Made by a program: the position numbers and the translations under genes. The notes under the pieces were generated by a model that saw only the letters and a program-made list of their open reading frames with translations, was not told the origin of the DNA and did no database searches. Below, in pieces: positions 12,455 to 23,300 of a stretch of 64,000 nucleotides of DNA; the first letter of the stretch is position 1, and each line of letters opens with the position of its first letter. Source of the DNA: Macrostomum lignano (taxonomy: Eukaryota); assembly GCA_002269645.1 (NCBI GenBank), contig NIVC01001046.1, positions 186,001 to 250,000 of the forward strand. Direction: 5' to 3'.

Positions 12455-14545
12455 GCTCTTCAGATTCGAGTTTATGAGATTCGAGCTTGTGAGATTCGAG
12501 CTTGTGAAATTCTAGCTTAGATTTGAGTTTGTTAGATTCGAGCTTATGAGATTTGACGTTTTTTAGATTCGAGCTTATGAGATTCGAGTTTGTTAGATTC
12601 GAGCTTAGATTTGAGTTTGTTAGATTCGAGCTTATGAAATTCAGTTTATGAGATTTGAGCTTATGACATTCGAGCTTATGAGATTTCGAGCTGGTGAGAT
12701 TCGAGCTTATGAGATTTCGAGCTTATGAGATTTCGAGCTTATGAGATTCGAGCTTATGAGATTTGAGTTTTTTAGATTCGAGCTTATGAGATTCGAGCTT
12801 ATGAGATTTCAGCTTGTGAGATTCGAGCTTGAGATTCGAGCTTGTGAGATTCTAGCTTATGAGATTCGAGCTTAGATTTGAGTTTGTTAGATTCGAACTT
12901 ATGAGATTCGAGCTTATGAGATTCGAGCTTATGAGATTCGAGCTTATGAGATTTCGAGCTTATGAGATTTCGAGCTTATGAGATTCGAGCTTATGAGATT
13001 TGAGTTTTTTAGATTCGAGCTTATGAGATTCGAGCTTATGATATTTCAGCTTGTGAGATTCGAGCTTGAGATTCGAGCTTGTGAGATTCTAGCTTATGAG
13101 ATTCGAGTTTGTTAGATTCGAGCTTAGATTTGAGTTTGTTAGATTCGAACTTATGAGATTCGAGCTTATGAGATTCGAGCTGGTGAGATTCGAGCTTATG
13201 AGATTCGAGCTTATGAGATTTGAGCTTATGAGATTCGAGCTTATGAGATTTGAGCTTATGAGATTCTAGCTTATGAGATTCGAGCTTATGAGATTTGAGC
13301 TTATGACATTCGAGCTTATGAGATTTCGAGCTGGTGAGATTCGAGCTTATGAGATTTCGAGCTTATGAGATTTTGAGCTTATGGGATTTCGAGCTTATGA
13401 GATTCGAGCTTATGAGATTTGAGTTTTTTAGATTCGAGCTTATGAGATTCGAGCTTATGAGATTTCAGCTTGTGAGATTCGAGCTTGAGATTCGAGCTTG
13501 TGAGATTCTAGCTTATGAGATTCGAGTTTGTTAGATTCGAGCTTAGATTTGAGTTTGTTAGATTCGAACTTATGAGATTCGAGCTTATGAGATTCGAGCT
13601 TATGAGATTCGAGCTGGTGAGATTCGAGCTTATGAGATTCGAGCTTATGAGATTTGAGCTTATGAGATTCGAGCTTATGAGATTTGAGCTTATGAGATTC
13701 TAGCTTATGAGATTCGAGCTTATGAGATTTGAGCTTATGACATTCGAGCTTATGAGATTTCGAGCTGGTGAGATTCGAGCTTATGAGATTTCGAGCTTAT
13801 GAGATTTTGAGCTTATGGGATTTCGAGCTTATGAGATTCGAACTTATGAGATTTGAGTTTTTTAGATTCGAGCTTATGAGATTCGAGCTTATGAGATTTG
13901 AGCTTGTGAGATTCGAGCTTGAGATTCGAGCTTGGAGATTCTAGCTTATGAGATTCGAGTTTGTTAGATTCGAGCTTAGATTTGAGTTTGTTAGATTCGA
14001 ACTTATGAGATTCGAACTTATGAGATTCGAACTTATGAGATTCGAGCTTATGAGATTTGAGCTTATGAGATTTGAGCTTATGAGATTCGAGCTTATGAGA
14101 TTCGAGCTTATGAGATTTGAGCTTATGAGATTCGACTTTATGAGATTTAAGTTTGTAAGATTCGAGCTTATGAGATTCGACTTTATGAGATTTAAGTTTG
14201 TTAGATTCGAGTTTATGAGATTCGAGCTTATGAGATTTGAGTTTGTTAGATTCGAGCTTGTGAGATTCGACTTTATGAGATTTAAGTTTGTAAGATTCGA
14301 GCTTATGAGATTCGACTTTATGTGATTTAAGTTTGTAAGATTCGAGCTTATGAGATTTGACTTTATGAGATTTAAGTTTGTTAGATTCGAGCTTATGGGA
14401 TTTGAGTTTGTTAGATTCGAGCTTGTGAGATTCTAGTTTATTAGATTTGAGTTTATGAAATTCGAGTTTATGAGATTCGAGCTTATGAGATTCGAGTTTA
14501 TGAGATTCGAGCTTATGAGATTTCAAGCTGATATGATTCGAGCTT
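12455..14545. repeat. ~15-bp minisatellite (gagcttatgagattc), ~2.1 kb; partner 25495-25890 is only ~0.4 kb
   Basis: Visible tandem units. It is the source of the MRFEL/KLESH ORFs. Confidence 0.95.
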
Positions 14546-15180
14546 GTGAGACCCCTGCCCTGTCTAGTGTTTACAAATCAGTTGTTTTTAACTTCTACAA
14601 ACAATTTTAGCCTCGCCCTGCCCGAGTTTGCCTACAGCGTTGAACTCGAGATCTTCGACTGCACTCCGAAAATCCACTTTGCCGGCTTAGGCCTCAGAAA
14701 TGCCAGCGAATCCGGCTGCGCGCTGTTCGCTCTCGTGTCAGCCGGCTCCGTTGCCGACCCTCGCCAGCTGTCAGCAAGATTAACGTCTACTAAGCGAATA
14801 TTCGCCGGCCAATTGTCGCCTCTGTCCGATGCCAATTATTTGTCATTGGCTGCTAATAAAGTTCCAGTTAGTGTGACTGTATCGGTGCGCTTGCACCGGA
14901 AATGTCGGCCGCCTTCGCTAACCTGTCGTTATTGGCTACTTCAGCCTCATCCAATTCAGAAATGCGTGCGCGAGCTGTAGATCGGTTAAAACACTTTAAA
15001 GCAAGTTAAGCACATGCAGGTACGCATGTGTTTTGTCGTTCTTTCATTATAGTTTGTTCGCACATCCTTTCGGAACCTATCAATTAATGAATATTATATT
15101 ATTCTCACTTGTTACCGAAGTGGCTGTTACCGAAATGGCTGTTAACGAAGTGGACTGTTACCCTATATGGCTATAGCATC

Positions 15181-15793
15181 ACTAGTATTGGTTTTTGCAT
15201 GCTAAGTGAGACATTTTTCAAGCAATCTGAGACTGAATAGCAAAAACACTATTGTCTATGGCCACCCCTCGCTGCAGCCCAGCTTTTTGGGATCGCCTTG
15301 CAAGCAGTGAGAAATTTTTTCAAGCTAAGTGAGAAGCATATTGAAAACAAAGGCTGGGCTATGGCAAATCAACTGCGTTTAACAAGCAACGAGCTTGGAA
15401 GAGAATCGCTGCATGTCATTCATTACTCCGCACAAGATCGCAGGCTGGGAGCTCCACTGCACTCGAAAGTTTGCTCAGTGTATCAACATGCAACCCTTTA
15501 TTTGAACGCTTATAACATTATCAACAATTTTTGTACCGCTTGTTTTGTTGTGTTCCTGCGTATCCTTTTCTAAATATATAGTTTCCGACAGTACATCATT
15601 TTGTAATTTCGTAAAACCACCCCTTTGTTTTCAATATGGTTCTCACTTAGCTTGAAAAAATTTCTCACTTTGCTTGCAAGGCGATCCCAAAAAGCTGGGC
15701 TGCAGCGAGGGGTGGCCATAGACAGTAGTGTTTTTGCTATTCAGTCTCAGATTGCTTGAGGGGTGTCTCACTTGGCATGCAAAAACCAATATT
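15181..15793. mobile_element. MITE-like element with ~170 bp TIRs
   Basis: 15181-15350 is the reverse complement of 15640-15793 (e.g. ggccacccctcgctgcagcccagctttttgggatcgccttgcaagc). Exact ends and TSD are unresolved. Confidence 0.8.
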
Positions 15794-16784
15794 TTAGAAT
15801 CTAGTGCATAGAATGTATAGTATTTACTTTGAGATTTCTTCAATGTATCATGTAGATGTATGAAACATTTTTTTGGTAAATATACATGTAGCATGTAATA
15901 GGCCTAGGCCTAGCAACCTAGCCCAGGCCCTAGACCTGTTTTAATTAGTATAGTAACTAGGCTCAATGAACAAACCTTAGTTTTAAATGGTCTAAGGCAA
16001 TCAAAAGTTAGAAAAGGTAAATTGTCCAAGCTTTAAGACAATCAGAAATTAGAAAAGGTAAAAAATATGATTGTCACTGTCAATTATATTCTAGGTCAAG
16101 ATCTTTAAAACTCTTACACAATATTATCTAAGTCTGGATTTATCTTTAGGCTATCCCGTCAATGGTTATCATATACTATGACCTTACAATGGTAAATTAT
16201 AATTAATCATGATAAATGGGTAATGACTTTCATAAAAATATGCCCTGTAGGCAATGTAATGTGAAGTGAAGTGTTGTTGTCATATATAATTTTGCGATAC
16301 AAAAGTACAAAATTTAAATAAACGCTATTGATTTCAACATAATAGTCAGAAAAGAACCATATTTAATCAGATTAAGCTAACGATTCACTTTGCTAACAAT
16401 GTTTTTTAATTTAAAATACAGGATATTATTTCAATCAACTCATTTAACGCTAATACTATGTGAACTTGCATGGCTACGAAGTTTAAGATAATTCTAGAAA
16501 TGTCATTGCCCAAAATTTCTCCTCATGACAATGACCCATGGCAATGGCCGGCCATTGCCTAGAATTCCAATTTCAATGCAACCAATTAATTCAAGCCAGT
16601 TTTTATCCAGCATCTTGCAAAGCGGATCTTGCATCAGTCAATTCAAAACGTTTATTTTAAGATGTAAATAATTAAACTGGCACAGTCATTAAATAAAAAA
16701 TATTAAACTAGACTGTCGTTCTTATTCTTTCAGTAATTCTACGAGTACAATTTGCTAATTCCTGTAGAAGTAAAGATTGCATGC

Positions 16785-18316
16785 CTAATTAAAGGAACAT
16801 CCGTGAAAGGTGCAATTGTTGAAGGCAAACTTCGTACCAACAGAATAGGCAGCTTCAGTGCTAACACTAACCTCCGTCGATACTGCAGTCTCACCGACGA
16901 TCTCAACAGCATCAGCATGTTCGGGTGGCCCAGCTTCTTGCTCTAGATCATGACGATTCATGTGAACAGACTCACTCGTCTTTTGAAGCGACCGGTCGCG
17001 ACGCTTGGCCAGGTACCTCCTAGTCTTTCGCTCGCTCAGCTGTCCAGTAATGCTCATTATATCGCTCATGCTGTGCCCTGCCGCCTCGAGATCGCATATT
17101 CGCGTGACCCTGTTTTAGAGTGCAAATTTATATAGTTGGATTCATGAGTAATTGGTAACATAACATGTATCATAACATAATTAAAGTTACTATTATTAAT
17201 TTATCAGTCTTACCGAATGCAATGATTCGTGTAGGTCTTCGCAAGTCCCACCTTCGTACTCAAGTTTCTCATGAAGCCACTCAGATAATTCTCTCCACGG
17301 TTCTGCTTCGAGGAGAAAACAGGGCCTCCATCGTTGCGGCTGGCCAAAGGACGAGGAAACAGATTGTTGTCCTTCGTTGTAACTGGAAGCAGCTTGAGGT
17401 ATTTCTCCACCTTTTCCACGTCGTAAATTCTGGCCTGCTTGTTGTCCGGCTGCTTCTTGGCCTTCTCTGGATCTGCTGACTTATTTTTCGAGGGCAACGG
17501 AGGCAGACAGTAGTACGGCTTTCCATCAGAGTCGACGTGCAATTGAAGTGAGCTTCTATCCTTCAAGAACTTGAGGTGCTCCTGGCCTCGCTCGCCAAAG
17601 CTGTATATGATGTAGAATAAGAATTTGTCCTGCTCAACTTCAGCTGTGCTGCCTTGGAAGTAGATCATCAGCTTCCTCATGTCCCCCTCCTCGATTGGCT
17701 CAAACTGCTGCGTCCTCCCACCACTCCGGTGAAAGTCTCGAACCTTCACACGCAGCATGCTATTTTCAGAAGAAAAGTCTTCTCCATTGATGATGTCAAC
17801 GGTTAGCTTCTCGATCATTCGCAAATAGCGCTGCAGTCCAGCCCTGATGCACACCAGCGATGCGGGAGAGTAGGGTTCGCCGTCAATCTTCTTCAGTTTA
17901 AAGTAGAAGTAGCGAATGTATTGGTTGAGCACCGAATTCGGAATGGTTTGTAAATTGCGCTGAAGATTTTCCTCTGTGAGGAATGTCCTGAACCGCTGTC
18001 CATGGCTGATCATGTGCTTCCTGCTGTCTGCTGGTAGGCTGACAATCTCGGCGATGTCCATGGCGCTGATATCTACGCCGCCTTCCTACAGGAGCGGCAG
18101 ATGCTCATCGGGCTCGGGCTCCTTTTGAATGAATTCGAGAAATCTAGCGAACTCGTCGTCCCTTCTGTCATTGTAAGAAGCCTCCGAAACAAAATTCAAT
18201 TCGTCCTTGGTCACGTTGCCCAGCTCACTGCAGGGCAAATGCTTCCAATTAATGAGCGGTGCCTCCATCTCTGCAGCCGTCCGCTTTTCTCTATCTGAGA
18301 TTTGACCTCTAGACAC
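16785..18316 (-). CDS. Crypton-type tyrosine recombinase (DUF3504-like) with one intron (17213-17110) and an in-frame TAG at 18088-18086
   Basis: The spliced product has FGERGQEH (Arg), SKNK (Lys), YTNHCIR|VT (HxxR, joined across a GTAAGA..ACAG intron), AGHSMSDIMSITGQLSERKTRRY (Tyr; the usual His is Gln) and a C-terminal FAFNNCTFHGCSFN typical of CryptonA/KCTD1-related proteins. ORF 18316-18086 is in the same frame as ORF 18061-17210. Confidence 0.85.
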
Positions 18317-18524
18317 GCAAATATTTATATTTGTAATTAATTTAGGGGTGGGTGCAGAGTAAGGGGTGGGTGATTTCAGGTGCGCGACTTAAAGGTGAGA
18401 CATAGGCGAGGTGGAGGTAACCTTATCTCAAACCCCCTTAGCAGCATCGACTGATAAGAATTCACGATAGTGTACATAAAGTGCGTAGATTACGTAAGAG
18501 TTTTGAAATTTTAAGCAATGATGC

Positions 18525-18621
18525 TCATCGGAAGTCAGAGTTTAAGGCAATGGCCTTTGACACGAGCGGCGGTAGCAAGGCCATGTCAAAGGCCATTGCC
18601 TTAAACTCTGACTTCCGATGA
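18525..18621. repeat. Perfect 38-bp inverted repeat with 21-nt spacer upstream of the recombinase
   Basis: tcatcggaagtcagagtttaaggcaatggcctttgaca (18525-18562) and its exact reverse complement (18584-18621). Confidence 0.95.
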
Positions 18622-19371
18622 ACCCTCTATTGCATGATATGGCAAATGTAAAGGAGAATTTAAAAACTTTACAGAAGTCTACTCAACAAAATGGCATTAC
18701 AGATAGCATGATTTATGCAAGCACCACTGTAGTATTAGACGGAAAACTCTAAGATCGTTTTACTTTTTGGAGGCCACTTTCATGGAAAATTTTCCAAGAT
18801 TGCCCTTGAGGAGATAGAAAAAAATCATTTTCTCATTAGAAAATCAATGCTTGCATTTGATCTGGGGCAGCGAGGATTACATTTTCTTTAATTTAGCATG
18901 CACCTCGTATTAATCTGTTATATTTTATGTAGCTTTATGTACATTTTCATATTGTTTTCTTTTTATTTCATAAGCCCAAGCCATGCATGTGTTACATGTG
19001 TTGAAACGCAATAGAGACAAAATTATTTAAGAACATTTGACAAACCAATTAACCAAGTTACGAAAAGCAGACAAACAGCCGCGTGTTCGACGTATTAAAA
19101 GCGAATGCGACTGCAACATCTGTGACAAAGACGAATATAGAATATTTTTGTAGCACCAGAGTAAAACTAAACAAAGACAAACAAAGACAAACAAAGAATT
19201 TGCGGAGCAAAGAGCTAGGAGACTTCTGTTCAAACCTCGAAGCACAGCAAGAGTGATAAAATAAACAGGGCTGACTTGTCATGTTTGATTGCAAATCGCC
19301 CATATAGTTAATGCTTGGATCGTGACCATTCGCTGTATAATAGTAATTATAGGTTGCTGGATAAAATAAAG

Positions 19372-20218
19372 GTTCTTAGACACCCCTTCCATCTCTGCAT
19401 CTGTTCAATCGATTTTTGTAAAAATTTACACAAACATGGGCCAATATGTAATGAATTCAGTGCTAATGTTTCAGCTTAATCGGGTTGACAGAGCAAAAGC
19501 AATCGATCATCTACTGAGGAACCCACGAAATTAGCAATACGATTTTTGAAGAGCATCGAATCTGGACTCCAGTGGTGACATTGCAGCTCCAAAATATCAC
19601 TGCTCCCGCTGAGTATTGATTTAATACTAATGCAAGCTGTGAAGGTTTAGTCATGGATTAAAGAGAAAAAAGAACAAAGCAGTAAGCAGCATAGCCAGAG
19701 TGCGCAGAGATTCAGACGCTGAGACGCGGAACCAGCCTCAGATGGTTTAACAGCAAAAGAGTCGCCGACACGAAGTCTGCTTGCAACAAAGGGCGGCAAT
19801 TTCAGCTCTGGGAGACGAGTTCAATCTGAGCAGATTCAGCACACAGGATGAGTCCAAGAGGCCAGCGGTTCGCCAGCTTCCCCTGAGCTGCAAGAAGCGG
19901 CTGCGGAGGGGCTGATTAGAGCGACACCTAAGGATATGTGGCCGGCGTGGATTCTTCTGAAGATTTTCACGATTGGTGATCTGTTTCTTGAAGCTCTGGA
20001 ACTTGTCAGTTTGAAGTTTAAACTGTTTCGCTCGTTAACTGTTACATTTTGTTGAGTTTAAAATCGTATTGCTAATTTCGTAGGTCCCTCAATAAATGAT
20101 CGATTGCTTTTGCTCTGTAAACCCTCAGCACTGAATTCATTACATATTGGTCAATGTTTTGTGTAATTTTTTACAAAAATCTATTGAACAGATGCAGAGA
20201 TAGGAGGGGTGTAAGAAC
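19372..20218. mobile_element. Non-autonomous TIR element with ~190 bp TIRs
   Basis: 19372-19560 versus the reverse complement of 20060-20218 (gttctta..cacccct..atctctgcatctgttcaat; cagagcaaaagcaatcgatcat; cgaaattagcaatacgatttt). No clear TSD. Confidence 0.75.
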
Positions 20219-20323
20219 TTACTAAGGACGTACTAGGGTTTAAGGTATATATATCTGGTGAGAAATTTTCTTGAGAATCTTTTTAATCAGCAGCTGCTCA
20301 TGCAAGAGGCAGTCAGACAGTGA

Positions 20324-23300
20324 CTACAGGCCGCCCGACAAGTCACCAGCCGAAGCTTGCAGGCCAGGCGACCTGCGTCGTCCAACGCGAACGCCGACTA
20401 GTTGCCGAGACACCTCCGCCATCTGCTGCCCGTCGACATCTTCTGCAGCCTTCGTCGCGTCCGCTTCGTCTTCCCCAGACGAAGACGACCGTAGCGACAT
20501 GGCCGAGTTCGACCGGCGCGACAAGCCGTTTCCAAGGACGCCGTCACCGTTGCGACTAGACGAAGCTGTGGCGGCGCGAAGCAACGGCAGAGCGGAATAT
20601 TCGACATCCCGGCTGGTGCCATCGCCGACGGCGCGTTGGTCGCCGTTGCCGACGCCGCGGCTGGTCAAGACGAAGCAGCGATCAATGCCGCAGTTTCGAA
20701 CGGCGCCAGCGTCACCAGATTCGAACGGCGAAGCGGCATCAACGCGGTTGCGCGGTAGAAACCGGACCCGATCGAGCGGTATTAGAAACAAAAAAATAGC
20801 AAATGCTACGCAGCAGTGCCAGCCGGAGTGCACTAAATAGTAATTGGACCGCGTGTTCAGCAGGGCGAACATGGCGAATCCGGCTAGGGCGAGGCAGCCG
20901 CCAGGAAGCAGGCTGGTTAGAATGAGCCGCGGCGGCGGATAGCAGCGCTTGCTTGTGTAGCAACGGCAGGTCTAAATAATTATCGAATCAAAGTGATGTC
21001 ATTTCAGAAATAATAAAAAAATAAAGATTTAAAACTTATTCAAATCAAAAATCGAAAATCAAAACTTTTTCAAAATTTTGCTTTGTAAGTTTATACTGTA
21101 GCAAACTTCAGACAATCCATGGGTGAGGAACGTGTGTCCATGGGTGAGGAACGTGTCCATGGGTGGGGAACGTGTCCATGGATGAGGAACGTGTGTCTGC
21201 AGGTGAGGAACGTGTGTCCATGGGTAAGGAACGTATGTCCATGGGTGAGGAACGCATCTTCATGGGTGAGGAACGCATGTCCATGGGTGAGGAACGTGTG
21301 TTCATTGGTGAGGAACGTGTCCATTGGTGAGGAACGGGGGGAGTGTGTTCCGCGGGTTTAAAGTCAACTAAGCGAAATCAGTCATCTTCACTACTCATTT
21401 GACAACAGCGCAACGCTTGATGCAGCTGTTGCTTCACTTGTCTCTTTCATAAACAAAAAATAGCAACCATGCGCGTTCACACTACTGAAAAGTTTTTGAT
21501 GTCGCAAATTTTTTCATTGCTGCGTTGAGCTCAATGGTTTTGCTGATCTAGAGAATAAAGGATCTATGCTCTAGAGTAGTGCTCCGATTTCGTTTAACTA
21601 ATACTTTCCACTTCATAATCATAACTGAGTAAATAATGAGACAATCTGCGGCACAGCCCTCACCCAGGACAGGATTAGCGCCGCAAAGCCGACACCCAGC
21701 GGGACAGCAATTATAACAAAGCTAGTCCGATTGATCAGCACGCCAATCATTAGGAACAGCGAGCCGGCAGTTTGCGCCAGCTGTTTCAACTGCGGCGTCA
21801 GGTCCACTAGTAGGAGTAGAGTGACCCATAGGCTGAGAAAAGCGCCGAGAAAGTCCAGCTTGCCAAGAGTATCGAATTGGAAGACGCACAGCTGATTCAC
21901 GTAGTTGTTGTCGCAGGCGTGGTAAAACTGGTAATGCCAGGGAGATGCGGTTCAAGATGGAGATGAGGGGCAGATTATGGGTCAGGGACAGTAAGGGTCA
22001 ATGAGGATTAGTCAGGAGGTGGAAGAGTCAGGGTCAGGGAGTGTCAGAGAGGGAGGAGTCAAGAGGAGAGAGTCAAGATGGAAGATTTGGATGTGGGAGA
22101 CAGGATTGGAGTCAGAATAGGAGTCATGATGAGGAGTCAGGATGGGGAGGAGTCAGAATGGGGAGTCAGGATGGGGAGTCAGGATGGGGAGTCAGGATGG
22201 GGAGTCAGGATGGGGAGTCAGGATGGGGAGTCAGGATGGGGAGGAGTCAGAATGGGAGTCATGATGGGTAGGAGTCATGATGGGGAGTCAGGATGGGGAG
22301 TCAGGATGGAGAGGAATCATGATGAGGAGTCAGGATGGGGAGGAGTCAGAATGGGGAGTCAGGATGGGGAGTCAGGATGGGAAAGAGTCAGGATGGGGAG
22401 TCAGGATGGGGAGTCAGGATGGGAGGGGTCAGGATGAGAGAGTCAGGATGGGAGATTCAGGATGGGAGAGTCAGGATGGGGAGTCAGGATGGGAGGGGTC
22501 AGGATGAGAGAGTCAGGATGGGGAGTCAGGATGGGAGATTCAGGATGGGGAGTCAGGATGGGAGAGTCAGGATGGGAGAGTCAGGATGGGGAGTCAGGAT
22601 GGGAGATTCAGGATGGGAGATTCAGGATGGGAGAGTCAGGATGGGGAGTCAGGATGGGAGAGTCAGGATGGGAGAGTCAGGATGGGGAGTCAGGATGGGA
22701 GAGTCAGGATGGGAAAGAGTCAGGATGGGAGGGGTCAGGATGAGAGAGTCAGGATGGGGAGTCAGGATGGGAGAGTCACGATGGGAGAGTCAGGATGGGA
22801 GAGTCAGGATGGGAAAGAGTCAGGATGGGGAGTCAGGATGGGGAGTCAGGATGGGAAAGTGTCAGGATGGGGAATCATGATGGGGAGTCAGGATGGAGAG
22901 AATTCATGATGGGGAGTCAGGATGGAGAGAAGTCAGGATGGGGAGTCAGGATGGGGAGTCAGGATGGGAGAGTCAGGATGGGGAGTCAGGATGGGGAGTC
23001 AGGATGGGGAGTCAGGATGGGAGAGGCTCACCGCGGAGGCCAGCATGGCAGCGCAGTAGATGAGGGCTTCAACCAGCAGGCCGCGACGGAAGGCCAAGGC
23101 CACGGTAGGCAGGAAGGCGGCATTGCTGAGGCAGAGCAGCAGCAGGGAGGTCAGCGGATCGGGGCTGCGGGGCACGCGAGCCTCGCACAGGTCGCCAGCG
23201 AAGCCATCGTAGCAGCGGCAGATGCGGACGGTCATCGATGCAATGGACTGCTTGTCGCATTGGCCACCGTTTAAGCATTTTGATGGACAATCCGTGGTTC

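Larger units (their letters stand above)
6985..14980 (+). repeat. Left arm of ~8 kb inverted duplication (partner 25065-34148)
   Basis: Colinear reverse-complement matches throughout, e.g. 7000-7360 vs 33781-34145, 8340-9690 vs 29640-31020, 10400-11480 vs 26730-27830, 14545-14980 vs 25065-25495. Confidence 0.95.
10902..14980 (+). pseudogene. Truncated duplicate of TMEM8/PGAP6-like 5' exons (10902-11109, 12190-12323, 14611-~14980)
   Basis: The exons match the minus-strand gene exons 27311-27104, 26112-25979 and 25433-25049. The third exon has a 1-nt frameshift (ttcgct vs ttcggct) and homology stops ~16 nt before its splice donor. Confidence 0.85.
6703..15160. mobile_element. Large TIR element (Mutator-like by TSD length) enclosing a captured host-gene segment
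   Basis: Left end gaatacaatccatttcggtaacggccacttcggtaacaa. Right end (reverse complement) taacagtccacttcgttaacagccatttcggtaacagccacttcggtaacaa. Direct repeat CCCTATATGG at 6693-6702 and 15161-15170. An alternative parse is GGG/CCC termini at 6701/15163 with TATAT as TSD. Confidence 0.7.
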
